From an archaeon (GTDB taxonomy: Archaea; EX4484-52; B79-G9), in NCBI GenBank assembly GCA_043813875.1, contig JBDRKP010000067.1:1-58707 (forward strand): 58,707 nucleotides of DNA. The letters run 5' to 3'. The notes below the pieces were generated by a model. That model was not told the DNA's origin, did not search any database, and saw only the letters and a list, made by a program, of their open reading frames with translations. A program made the position numbers and the translations under genes. Below are positions 9,101 to 17,997 of this stretch, one piece after another. Position 1 is the first letter of the stretch; every line of letters begins with the position of its first letter.

Positions 9101-12100
9101 GACGGTATGACATCACACGATGTTTTCGCATACATCTTAAGAGTTGCAGCAGAGACGGGCTCATAAGAAAGATTCATAGGCTGCTTGAAATTCATATCAT
9201 AGACATACCCTGATAATGTAGTATTACCGCCAAGCCCCAATCTTATCATCGGCTTGATGCCAAGCGAGTTCACAGAATCATCATAAGTCCCCCTGCGCTG
9301 GATTCCTTCGTTCAGATCATCATACTGTACATAACCATTCGCATTGACAGAGACATAATAAGTCAATAACCCATTGACCTTGATCTTGGCCCTTCCATTG
9401 ACATCTGTATTCCCGGAATTCTGTATGACAACACCAACCACATTAGCATAATACGTCATCCTTCCGTAACCGACATCTTCCCCATTGACAATGAAATCAT
9501 ATATTCCCGTAGGCACATTATATATCACCGCATTTCCGTTCGAATCTGTCTTGTTGGACCATCTGATCACAGTCGAATTATAATCCTTGATGCTTATAGT
9601 CACATTCACAGGCACGATATCACTGTTCAAAGTGAAATTCAGGTTGAATGTATTTCCCATAGACTGCGGAGGATCGACCCAGGCATAATTGCTTGAGTTG
9701 CCGGCAACGACATTCACCCTCGTAGAATTTTCGACAAGAATTCCGACAAATTTTGTCACAGTTACATTGCAGTCAATGCATGGGAGAGCCCGATTGAATA
9801 TCACAATGCCCCCGGCATCAGAAACACCAGTCATATTCCCGCCGGTTGCATTCTTTGCGACCGTCGTATTATCAGACAGATATAATGTCACACTCGCGCC
9901 GCCTACCGGCACAAATGAAGCATCAGTGACATTCACAATCAGTTTCGTGATATTGACGACAAGACTGGTCACACTGTCCCCAAAGATTGGACCATAAACA
10001 GAACCATTAAGCCCATAACCTTGTCTCGTGCCATTAACACTGATATTATAAGTATATCCGTCAACAAGGTCACTAAAGACAACATAACCGGAACTGGTTG
10101 TATTTTTAGTCAAAGTATAAGTCTGGTTATAAAGCCGAACAGATGCGCCGTCACCATTATCATCCGCCCCCACAAGACTTCCAGTCGTATCATTCACATA
10201 TACAATCAGGCTCACAGGAGCCGGCGTAACATTAAACACAAAATCCCCGCCTGATACGCAATTTCCTGCAGGGTCACAGAGCGTATAATTCCAGGAATAA
10301 CTATCATTGGCAAGAGCTGGTGAGAAAACGTTTTGATTTGAAACATAGCTGGCATTTGTCAATATCCACTGGGTGGAATTGGTCCAGTAAACGACAGTGA
10401 GATTGACCGGTTCGCTAGCATTTATTTCGAAACTGACAACAGCTGGTTCCACAAAATAGGACGGGTCAACAGGACTCACATCAATCGCAGTCGGATAGAC
10501 AGTATCAACCGTAAACACCCTTGGCCCTGCAATCCCTGTCCTGCCGTTATATGCCTTCCCGTAGAAGACAACGCTATAGCTCCCATCAGCCATACTGAAT
10601 ATTAGATCATAAAAATTGGTCATCGTCAGATTGAACATGCTTTCATTTGGCTGTCCGTTTAGCGAATAATTTGCACCAACAAGAGGCTTATTACCTGAAA
10701 TGTTAAAGAGCATGATTGCACCGCTGTTATAACTCTTATTCTCTGGAGACATGATTGATAACACAGGCACACTAGTATCAACAATAAACGAATAATTCGC
10801 AACAGAGAAATTATGATTGCCGCTGGTATCCGTACAGTTGATATTCCAGAGATAACTGCCCTCAGCAATAGCATTCAATGTAATCGAATTAAGAGCAGAC
10901 CTGACGATAACGCTATCATTCGTCATATTGAATTTCCACACACCTCCGGTGTCCGTCCACAGCTCACAGCTCTGTATCGGCGACAAATCAGTCACATTAA
11001 ACTCAAAAGTGACATTTTCAATATATGACGGAGTGCCATTAGGCGATATAAGAGTCACGAACGGCGCAACCGTATCCAGGACAGTGATATTTGCCGTCGT
11101 CTTATTGATATTGCCCCACGTATCATTGGCATATATCGTATAAATCTCCGTGCCGGCAGCCCCGGGGAGCCACGTATACTGATAAATATCACTCAAAACC
11201 CGGGCCATCGTCCGGTTAGTACCATCCACTTCAATAAGCACCATATCAACCATATTCTGCAAATCAATAGCTCCAATCGTAACAGTCACATAGCTGCCCA
11301 ACTCAATCGGGTCCGCACTCTCTGTGAGATTAAAAAAGACAGGAGGTATAGTATCAGTATTATAGGCATTCATATATGAAACACCGCCTGTACCGACAAT
11401 CATGCTCTCCTCATAATATCCGCAGCCAATTGAAGTTCCATCGACTTTCAATATATAGGTCCCGACCGGCACTGTCCTGAAATACACAATACTGCTACCG
11501 GAACTTGTATTAAGCGAACTGTAATAGTTATTTGTGACACCCACAAGAGTCACATTGAAGTCATCACGCTGCAGGCCGTTGCAGACAACACTGACATTCA
11601 CCCGGGTCTCATCAATATAATAGTTGTAATCCGTCTTGTTATTATACGTGTATAACTCAATATGCGCATCCCCAATCTCTTCATTATTCAACGCATACTT
11701 ATCATAGAGATACAGTTCAGCATAAGCTTCAAGAGCGATAACATCCGAAAAATTCCCGGCTAGGACCCCGCCATTCAGTGGAAGTATCTGTTCTATATAA
11801 CCATCCCTCGTTATCTTCAGCCTATAACTCTCCCCGCCCCGGATATTAAAGCTGGTAGCACCACCCCACCCTGTTGATTTTATATAAAGACAAGAAACGG
11901 AAGTCATATTATAAAACACGCATACCATGGAATTGTCGATATTCATATTATCGAAATCATCAATAGTCTTGACATAGATACTGACACTGCCATTCATAGC
12001 AATATCCTGGACTCTATCAGTCCCCCCCATACCAGTCCTGTCCTGATCCCATGTAAGATTTTCAATGACCTTGTTCTGATAACCTGCAAGCGATACCCGT

Positions 12101-14523
12101 ATATCATAATTAAAATCAACGCCCGTATCAAGCGAATAATTGCCATTGAAACCGGATACAGTACTATAATAGACAACGCCAGCGGCATCAGTCACCTCTA
12201 TAAGAACATTCGATAACGGGGGCACGATAGAAGAATACGCATCAGTAACCATGCCTTCCACATGCGTCGCACCCTTGAGATTCGCATCAATCTCTGCATC
12301 ACTCACCACAGAATAATTAGCCATCGACACATTATACCCCGGCTTATCAAACACCATAAGATAATCATTGACCTGTGAAGACACATAGAAAGAATACACA
12401 CCACTTCCATCCGTATAAGCCGTATATTTTTTTGAATCCATCCTGCTGACTAGCTCCACTTTCACGCCGTCAATATATTTATCATGCAAATTCAACAGAT
12501 CACTCACAACCCCATGCACCCTGTTCTTTCCCCGGAGAGCAAAATCACCGATATCCACAACACCAGACACAGCATATAGCTCACTATCAGGAAAATACCC
12601 CGCCAGATTAAAAGAAACATTATATTGAATCGCATCCCTGACAATCATACCGAATCTTCCAGAAGAATCAGTTACCGTGCGATATGAAACATTACCACCC
12701 GCAATAGTGACATTCACGCCAGTTAGAAGTATCGAATTATTCGTCTCATCAACCAACGTGCCATTAAGCGTTCCAAGCCCTGAAAGGAAAATATCACCAT
12801 AATCAACAGAAGAACTATAAGCTGTCGAATTGGCATAGACAGCATAACCCTCAAAAGATACCTCAATCGTATGACTCACGCCGCCTCTGACAGACATGTT
12901 GAACGACCCGGACGAATCAGTAAGCGCTTGATACATATTCGATCCGCCGCTGATAATCTTGACAAGAGCCCCGCTTATTGCGTGACTGGTATTGCTCGCG
13001 TCAATCACTCTTCCCGATACAGACGCACTGCCAGTAAGATTCACAGGCTTTATGGTAGAAGACGCCACCAGCACATCTTTGGATATGTATCCCGAAGCGC
13101 TCATCTTAAGATATGCATTGCAATTAGGCGTCCCGGCCAAGGTGCTTGGGTAATTTATGGAATAATTTCCTGACGAGTCCGTATAAGCCCCATAATAATA
13201 ACTTCCACCCCACCCGGCGCGGATTGTATTAAGATAATTCCACAACTCAATATAAGCGCCGCTGATAACCGGATCGATAAGATTATTTTCCGAATCGAAA
13301 ACATGCCCTCTCACCTCGCATGTGCCTGTCTGGTTGACATAGATATTCTTATTCGTGCCCTCAAGAATCGACTCCGAATACAGGTGCGTATGATTATACC
13401 CCAATGCAGCAATGGAAATATCATGCAAGACACCCGCATTGCTTGTAGTATTTGCAACAACCTCGATCAGGACATTGCCGCTCACGTCAGTAAAACCGGT
13501 TTTGTTAAAAGTATCAGAATAAAAAAGAGTGACATTTGCATTCGGTATGGGCCTGCTGTTCCACACATCAAGGACAGTAAAATTATAGCTTCCATATCCC
13601 TTAAGGTAAAGGCTGGTATTCAGGATAAAAGCTTCAACAGAACCGACAGTAACAGTAATATTACGGTAATTGCTGTCCCCATACATAAATCCATCCAGAC
13701 CATTGATAGAGCCATTGAATATGACAAAAAATGACCCCCACGTCGAAAGATCAATAAAATAATTACCTGCCGAATCAGTCAGACTGGAAGCGACAATATT
13801 ACCGACTGATAAATTATATACACTCACATTCATACCAGATATAGGGTCCCCGCTAAACCTTGTAACCTTTCCGGATACGTTCCTTGAGCTATCAAGAGAC
13901 ACAACGTCATTCACATTAAAGCCCTCATTCACCACACGACCCGTCAATATCTGTGATTTATATCCGCCTTTGACCAGACTGATATTATGGACCACACTAT
14001 AATCCGTATTATTAGCGATCACCTGGATAAGAACATTACCGGACGCATCAGTCATCTTAGATTCCACATCACCGGTTGACGCAAAAACAGTGATATTGAC
14101 ATCTACAAGAGGAACACCACCTATAAGATCATATACAGTAAGATTATAGCTCCCGTGATTATCAGGATAAAGGCTTGTATTGAGCGACAGGTTCTCCGCG
14201 CCGCCGAGAGTTATCGATACATTCCGATACGGATCCGCGCCATAAACAAAACCGCTCTTATTATATATGACATAATAATCCCCTGCATCCGAAAGATCAA
14301 CATAATAGGTACCATTTGCATCAGAAAGATTTGATGATATCAGCGCTCCATCAGTCAGATTATATACGCTCACATTGACCCCGTCAACAGGCGTGCCATT
14401 GAACTGTGTGATGACACCTAAAATACTCGGCGGAGCAGCATTCACAAATACGAAAAGGAAAAACAGGAATAAGAATATCAAAGAGGATTCAATATTCCGT
14501 GAAGATTTCCTTGCTGTCATCAT
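6199..14523 (-). CDS. Giant (2774 aa) secreted/anchored surface glycoprotein. It has a signal peptide, many CarboxypepD_reg-like and Ig-like repeats, a Cys knot, a poly-Ser linker, a CARDB-like domain, a helical stalk, a TM helix and a cytoplasmic double zinc-ribbon tail.
   Basis: One uninterrupted ORF. The N-terminal signal is SSLIFLFLFFLFVFVNA. Recurring ~80-90-aa units follow the pattern G.V.D....I.GA.V.....G....T.TD..G.Y.....G.Y.V....GY. There is roughly one N-X-S/T sequon per 15-20 residues by eye. The Ser/Gly linker is at ~7401-7455, the TM helix WSFVSVAVIVLFAMGALMVYWFFL at ~6691-6765, and the tail carries CPECGG..CVWC and CPDCGG..CVWC. Confidence 0.9.
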   Translation of the reverse strand: MMTARKSSRNIESSLIFLFLFFLFVFVNAAPPSILGVITQFNGTPVDGVNVSVYNLTDGALISSNLSDANGTYYVDLSDAGDYYVIYNKSGFVYGADPYRNVSITLGGAENLSLNTSLYPDNHGSYNLTVYDLIGGVPLVDVNITVFASTGDVESKMTDASGNVLIQVIANNTDYSVVHNISLVKGGYKSQILTGRVVNEGFNVNDVVSLDSSRNVSGKVTRFSGDPISGMNVSVYNLSVGNIVASSLTDSAGNYFIDLSTWGSFFVIFNGSINGLDGFMYGDSNYRNITVTVGSVEAFILNTSLYLKGYGSYNFTVLDVWNSRPIPNANVTLFYSDTFNKTGFTDVSGNVLIEVVANTTSNAGVLHDISIAALGYNHTHLYSESILEGTNKNIYVNQTGTCEVRGHVFDSENNLIDPVISGAYIELWNYLNTIRAGWGGSYYYGAYTDSSGNYSINYPSTLAGTPNCNAYLKMSASGYISKDVLVASSTIKPVNLTGSASVSGRVIDASNTSHAISGALVKIISGGSNMYQALTDSSGSFNMSVRGGVSHTIEVSFEGYAVYANSTAYSSSVDYGDIFLSGLGTLNGTLVDETNNSILLTGVNVTIAGGNVSYRTVTDSSGRFGMIVRDAIQYNVSFNLAGYFPDSELYAVSGVVDIGDFALRGKNRVHGVVSDLLNLHDKYIDGVKVELVSRMDSKKYTAYTDGSGVYSFYVSSQVNDYLMVFDKPGYNVSMANYSVVSDAEIDANLKGATHVEGMVTDAYSSIVPPLSNVLIEVTDAAGVVYYSTVSGFNGNYSLDTGVDFNYDIRVSLAGYQNKVIENLTWDQDRTGMGGTDRVQDIAMNGSVSIYVKTIDDFDNMNIDNSMVCVFYNMTSVSCLYIKSTGWGGATSFNIRGGESYRLKITRDGYIEQILPLNGGVLAGNFSDVIALEAYAELYLYDKYALNNEEIGDAHIELYTYNNKTDYNYYIDETRVNVSVVCNGLQRDDFNVTLVGVTNNYYSSLNTSSGSSIVYFRTVPVGTYILKVDGTSIGCGYYEESMIVGTGGVSYMNAYNTDTIPPVFFNLTESADPIELGSYVTVTIGAIDLQNMVDMVLIEVDGTNRTMARVLSDIYQYTWLPGAAGTEIYTIYANDTWGNINKTTANITVLDTVAPFVTLISPNGTPSYIENVTFEFNVTDLSPIQSCELWTDTGGVWKFNMTNDSVIVRSALNSITLNAIAEGSYLWNINCTDTSGNHNFSVANYSFIVDTSVPVLSIMSPENKSYNSGAIMLFNISGNKPLVGANYSLNGQPNESMFNLTMTNFYDLIFSMADGSYSVVFYGKAYNGRTGIAGPRVFTVDTVYPTAIDVSPVDPSYFVEPAVVSFEINASEPVNLTVVYWTNSTQWILTNASYVSNQNVFSPALANDSYSWNYTLCDPAGNCVSGGDFVFNVTPAPVSLIVYVNDTTGSLVGADDNGDGASVRLYNQTYTLTKNTTSSGYVVFSDLVDGYTYNISVNGTRQGYGLNGSVYGPIFGDSVTSLVVNITKLIVNVTDASFVPVGGASVTLYLSDNTTVAKNATGGNMTGVSDAGGIVIFNRALPCIDCNVTVTKFVGILVENSTRVNVVAGNSSNYAWVDPPQSMGNTFNLNFTLNSDIVPVNVTISIKDYNSTVIRWSNKTDSNGNAVIYNVPTGIYDFIVNGEDVGYGRMTYYANVVGVVIQNSGNTDVNGRAKIKVNGLLTYYVSVNANGYVQYDDLNEGIQRRGTYDDSVNSLGIKPMIRLGLGGNTTLSGYVYDMNFKQPMNLSYEPVSAATLKMYAKTSCDVIPSPTLLRYQTVTAGNGTYSLVVSPMMQENPSSYQDYCFNVSAVGLSVKYENDVDVSKNVNVGLLGDKVISGYVKVHNGSRPIFGASILLRSHQCYGGDMIYDNCEAYGGLTAADGSFSFDVNSRTGVLSYPPYTIRVIKTGYYILDNITISTLPTVNYNLSLVPAPLSFIRINVTSENNELISKNVSIKLVQNIASGGTFVIDKSDCDFYYNEYVCVVNRDNFSDYDLLVNGTAMGYDYYLESHIIPTETPVQRNVVLNITKVNITLFDESGVALSGINVTLKSLPSVTNVTVNGSVLFYKVLPGMYSLEFAGLLDYMSVFDSTIDVANIGAMNSKILYANETQFYVNISNGTAGLGNVSVGIGNLTNVTDASGEIYFLKVNYSLTGQYPVVFNRTDLYLRGYFAPDLSVDVQPGMDKDNGNNLSLVLNSTAGYGVFRVNTSVGGVNVSLWYNDTVYIDGQVSGDDGLAFLLANASVYNTSINVTAAKVGYDGVVLGPYNTSDGNITYVDVVMTAAYSNCGEGVISPVCYCGSNLYSSGYCCSGSYQVTACDGGSSGGGSSSSSSSSGLGIVIVPKGNGSVAEVYDLSLSAESYYILSISASGDSCVNVPVYVSNEGNTVLNNLNVELSGVPKFLEANYDSLLDMLYPGEERSIIVRICAIDSGVDDGDYVGMLSVFNDHVSKDLFVTLRVVHEVGVDVQSLRNRLDRLGSILDDIDVSLLTPELKVYYDLAQKNLKDAGGYIDGGDYDKAGYLLDEAEKNIQLLLEGIKVLGDVTETGVNWSFVSVAVIVLFAMGALMVYWFFLRNRTAYSKEPVLPGDLSAGAPFLRLPKIDLSNVKVPSMLLKVLGKHDVYYAHSVAKKRYIADVVEKVLELKCPECGGKIFQNRCVWCGYKFSDSLVKTRDDSFEVPLGTGSSSFSKNDAYYTHKSRRDGVGEKFVTDAFEHVVESVCPDCGGRIYKGKCVWCR

Positions 14524-14765
14524 TCTTCCTCTTCCTCAAGTATGGCCGTGCGGATCATGCTATTCGCCACAGGATCGCCAATACCGCGGCCCCTCGGCTG
14601 ATATACATAAGAACGCCCGACAGGTATCCTCTCAAGCTTGCCGCTATCGCGCAACGCCTCGAGGTATCCGGCAAGATACTCGCGCCTCACATTAAGACGG
14701 CGCGCAAGCTCAGAAACAGACATAGGTCTCTCTTTCAGTATCTTAAAAAGCGCATCTTCAGCCAT
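14520..14765 (-). CDS. Small winged-helix (wHTH) DNA-binding protein with acidic C-terminus
   Basis: MSVSELARRLNVRREYLAGYLEALRDSGKLERIPVGRSYVY is a helix-turn-helix plus wing pattern, and the protein ends in EEEEE. Its stop overlaps the giant gene start (ATGA, 14520-14523). Confidence 0.65.
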   Translation of the reverse strand: MAEDALFKILKERPMSVSELARRLNVRREYLAGYLEALRDSGKLERIPVGRSYVYQPRGRGIGDPVANSMIRTAILEEEEE

Positions 14766-14796
14766 TATCTACCCTTCAGAAATTTATTTAGAGAGC

Positions 14797-14821
14797 TCAA
14801 CATAAACTCAACATATTGAGA
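14797..14821 (-). promoter_or_regulatory. Direct plus inverted repeat cluster 32-56 nt upstream of the wHTH start (candidate operator)
   Basis: The plus strand reads CTCAACAT-aaa-CTCAACAT-ATTGAG. That gives two 8-bp direct repeats, with the second forming CTCAA-cata-TTGAG. It abuts an A/T-rich TATA-like stretch at 14781-14791. Confidence 0.3.
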
Positions 14822-14914
14822 TAATACTATAGCATATAACATGAACCCCTATATATATGTTTGTATTGCGTACCATATAGCACACAACGAAAAAAACATG
14901 GAATAAAAGAAATA

Positions 14915-15307
14915 TTAAATTTTAAGATTGAAACCAATACCAACATCAGCAGCAGATTTGCCGCCCTTTATTCCCCAATTAACCAACGCAGGTTCATTCA
15001 AAACAATCGTTATCTCTTTTTCAGAAATATTTAATCTCCTAACAAGATTGTCAACTATTTCGCGATAAAGCGCTCTTTTAGTTTTTTCACTTCTTCCCGG
15101 AAAAATAGTAATCTCAATCAAGATAATGTTTTCTGTTTTTCCAGCGGGAATCTCAAAATTTTCAGCTTTTAACTCATACATTCTTTGAGTCCTATCAGAA
15201 TCAGGAATATCAAATACCTCAACCAATGACCTATGCACAACATCCAACAAGTTTTTTTTGAATTCTTTCGATTTCCCTTCAATAATTTCTATCTTCACAA
15301 GAGGCAT
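14915..15307 (-). CDS. Tautomerase-superfamily protein (4-OT/MSAD-like, Pro-1)
   Basis: N-terminal MPLVKIEIIEGKS with the catalytic-type Pro2. The 130-aa length is consistent with two beta-alpha-beta units. Confidence 0.6.
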   Translation of the reverse strand: MPLVKIEIIEGKSKEFKKNLLDVVHRSLVEVFDIPDSDRTQRMYELKAENFEIPAGKTENIILIEITIFPGRSEKTKRALYREIVDNLVRRLNISEKEITIVLNEPALVNWGIKGGKSAADVGIGFNLKI

Positions 15308-15558
15308 ATTTCTATTTAGAATCAGCGATTTATATATTTGATTTAATAATTCAGCTAAAACGCCCGAAGGCGCACGTCTTCATTTCGCTCAAATCATTCT
15401 TTGCAACGAGGGGCAACTAAAAACAAATATATTACCTCATCCAGTAGACCTATCTGGATCTCTAAAACAACTCGAGAAAATCCCCATACTAAAGCAAAAA
15501 AACCATCCACATACAGACGACTATAACTTTTAAATTCATCAAAACCCGATAAATTAAG

Positions 15559-16233
15559 ATGGACTTCTACGAAAAATACGACAAAAACCCAACAAAAGAA
15601 AAGACACGCCAGTTCTTTCCCTACGAAGACATCAACGTACCCGAGCATTACCCCATAATAACAATAGCACTGATCATCACAAACATAATAATCTTCCTCT
15701 GGAGCCTGACATACTTCAAAGAGATCATATACGGATATGGATTCATAGCAGCCGAAGCATCAATAACGACCGCATTCACATCCATGTTCCTCCACGGCGG
15801 CTTCGACCACATCTTCGGAAACATGTGGTACCTCTGGCTCTTCGGCGACAACGTAGAAGACAAGTTCGGAAAAATCAAATACATCGCAATGTACCTGTCA
15901 GCCGGCCTCATCGCAGTAGCAGCGCAATACCTCATAGACCCCGCATCAGCCATACCTACAGTCGGCGCAAGCGGCGCAATATCAGGCATACTAGGCGCCT
16001 ACATCGTCCTGTTCCCGCACGTAGAAGTAAAAACAATAGGCCCATTCTACCAGATATACAGAATAAAGGCGAAATACCTCATAGCCCTCTGGTTCATCAT
16101 CCAGATAATCTTCGGGACATTGAGCATTGCAGGCAACTACGGCTCAAACATCGCATTCTTCGCCCATGTAGGCGGATTCATATTCGGATTCATGACAGGC
16201 ATGATATACAAGGCATTTCATCAAAGAGCGTAA
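15559..16233 (+). CDS. Rhomboid-family intramembrane serine protease
   Basis: Contains FLHGGFDHIFGNMWYLWLFG, the catalytic GASGAISG and AHVGGFIFG. It is a multi-TM protein. Confidence 0.9.
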   Translation: MDFYEKYDKNPTKEKTRQFFPYEDINVPEHYPIITIALIITNIIIFLWSLTYFKEIIYGYGFIAAEASITTAFTSMFLHGGFDHIFGNMWYLWLFGDNVEDKFGKIKYIAMYLSAGLIAVAAQYLIDPASAIPTVGASGAISGILGAYIVLFPHVEVKTIGPFYQIYRIKAKYLIALWFIIQIIFGTLSIAGNYGSNIAFFAHVGGFIFGFMTGMIYKAFHQRA

Positions 16234-16245
16234 AAAAACAAGAAA

Positions 16246-16998
16246 TCAATCCTCGACCCGTGGAGCAAGAACATAACTCAACTCAGCCTTATCCTTATTG
16301 ATAAAAGTAAACCTCACCGGATAATCCTTCCCGAACTGCATCTTCACAGTATCAGCAATCTTGGAGCCCTTCTCAATTTTCTTCAGATAATCAAGAGAAT
16401 ACTTTGACTTGGCATCCCCTGAAACATTTATCCCGACAACATCAGGACTGTCTTTGGTAAGCCTTACATTCACCTGGCTCAAATCCCCATCAGCAGTCAT
16501 CGAAAAACTGCCCGCATCCGCAGACATGACCACCGTATCAGTGATGATAGAAGCATCTCCGATACTCTCAGTAAGCACCGAACTCTTCGTCTCGACAGTA
16601 GCAGAGAAATCAAGCTTCATATCAGGCACATCAGACTTCTCGATATCAATCAAAGGTATCTTGAACGTCCTCACAGAAGAATTCTTCAAAGTAACACTCA
16701 GCTTGTTCTGATCCTTCTCAAGCTCAAAAACCACAGCATCAGACGACTTTGCCCTCTTCAGCACATTTATCAGGCTCTCGATATTGATACTCAGTTCCTC
16801 GTCATCGTCAAGTTTATACTCATCAAAAACCATTGACAGCATCTTGAACCGCACCATCGTGACCATAGTCGGATCAGTTGAAGCGAAATAGATATGATCC
16901 TTTTTAAGCTGGAATATGCCCTCTGACACCAACTCGGAAATAGCAGCCAGACTATCCCTCAATAATCCCACATCAGTCAAAGTCGCTTTAAATGACAT
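16246..16998 (-). CDS. pcn: DNA polymerase sliding clamp (PCNA)
   Basis: MSFKATLTDVGLLRDSLAAISELVSEGIF... The 250-aa length and the two-domain pattern fit PCNA. I chose the ATG at 16998 rather than the upstream ORF-track start. Confidence 0.9.
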   Translation of the reverse strand: MSFKATLTDVGLLRDSLAAISELVSEGIFQLKKDHIYFASTDPTMVTMVRFKMLSMVFDEYKLDDDEELSINIESLINVLKRAKSSDAVVFELEKDQNKLSVTLKNSSVRTFKIPLIDIEKSDVPDMKLDFSATVETKSSVLTESIGDASIITDTVVMSADAGSFSMTADGDLSQVNVRLTKDSPDVVGINVSGDAKSKYSLDYLKKIEKGSKIADTVKMQFGKDYPVRFTFINKDKAELSYVLAPRVED

Positions 16999-17076
16999 TA
17001 TAAAACACCTCACACATAAATTATCAACAATCATTAATGTAAACACTATATAATCATAAAATTATTTAAATCACAC

Positions 17077-17403
17077 CTAAAGCATCTTATCATAATACCC
17101 CATGACCGCATTATACATCTTCAAGTTCAATTTACTCATATCCTGGATTATATCCACATAGAGATCAAAACCAGTGTCATTTGGTCTCACTCTGCCAAAA
17201 ACACGAACCAACTGACTTTGCGAAAGAGTTGTTGAAACATCCTGACCGACCACACCCTGAACAGTCCCGGTGCCATCATCAATAAATATCGAATTGTCAA
17301 CCGAACTTACAATCGTACCCAGAATACTCACCTTGGTATCACAAGAAGAATCAACATCTTTAATCCTCTTTTCAACAAAAACAGCATTCAAGTCCATATT
17401 CAT
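17077..17403 (-). CDS. Small OB-fold protein (RPA-subunit-like), function uncertain
   Basis: VSILGTIVSSVDNSIFIDDGTGTVQGVV....LVRVFGRVR parallels the OB core of the RPA-like protein at 51184..51945. The ATG at 17403 is preferred over the TTG at 17436. Confidence 0.45.
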   Translation of the reverse strand: MNMDLNAVFVEKRIKDVDSSCDTKVSILGTIVSSVDNSIFIDDGTGTVQGVVGQDVSTTLSQSQLVRVFGRVRPNDTGFDLYVDIIQDMSKLNLKMYNAVMGYYDKML

Positions 17404-17529
17404 CGTTCTACCCTGACATTTAAATACCTTACGCAAGGCAACAACAAAGAATCAGAAATTAAATATGCCCTATCAAAAAAAGCTCAATCACCCAAAAAGA
17501 AAAAAATGAGAACTACATATAACTACATA

Positions 17530-17859
17530 CTAGCTATACTCACGCCATGTCTTCTTGCACTTCATACACCTATAAAATCGTGTCTCTGGTTCATCGCTGG
17601 ATCTTGTCTGCTGGGTCCACCAGCCCGCTTTTTTATGCCCGCACTCAGGGCATTCGATATCAGTAGTTGGCAGGGTTTCGACAGAAGAATCAACAACAGG
17701 AATAGCATCAAACGGCTCATGAGTTATTTTCTCTTTCAGCTTGAATTCCTTTCCTTTATCAACAGGCGACATCTTACCGCAGTTATTACATTTAAGAACT
17801 ACAGAAGAATCCTTTTTCATTGGAGCCATCAAACTTCCGCATTTCTCACATAACTTCAT
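17530..17859 (-). CDS. tfs: Transcription factor S (TFS/RpoM-type)
   Basis: N-terminal zinc ribbon CEKCGS..CNNCG and a C-terminal TFIIS-type ribbon CPECGH...WWTQQTRSSDEPETRFYRCMKC. Confidence 0.9.
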   Translation of the reverse strand: MKLCEKCGSLMAPMKKDSSVVLKCNNCGKMSPVDKGKEFKLKEKITHEPFDAIPVVDSSVETLPTTDIECPECGHKKAGWWTQQTRSSDEPETRFYRCMKCKKTWREYS

Positions 17860-17997
17860 AAAACCACCTGCATCATACGAATATCCCTATACACAATTCA
17901 CTCTTGCTATCTGGAAAACAAAATACTTTATGCGCAATTAAGCACAAATAACTATATAAATGTATCTCACACCCTCAAACTCCCAAATCAATATGCA

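Noticed and set aside
8347-13734. Multiple 60-140-aa ORFs on the + strand inside the giant gene
   Set aside because: All are antisense to one continuous 2774-aa ORF with clear repeat-domain structure. Their compositions are typical of antisense frames.
15394-15648. 84-aa minus-strand ORF in the tautomerase/rhomboid spacer
   Set aside because: It overlaps the rhomboid gene start on the opposite strand, has a hydrophobic low-information translation, and has no SD or TATA context.
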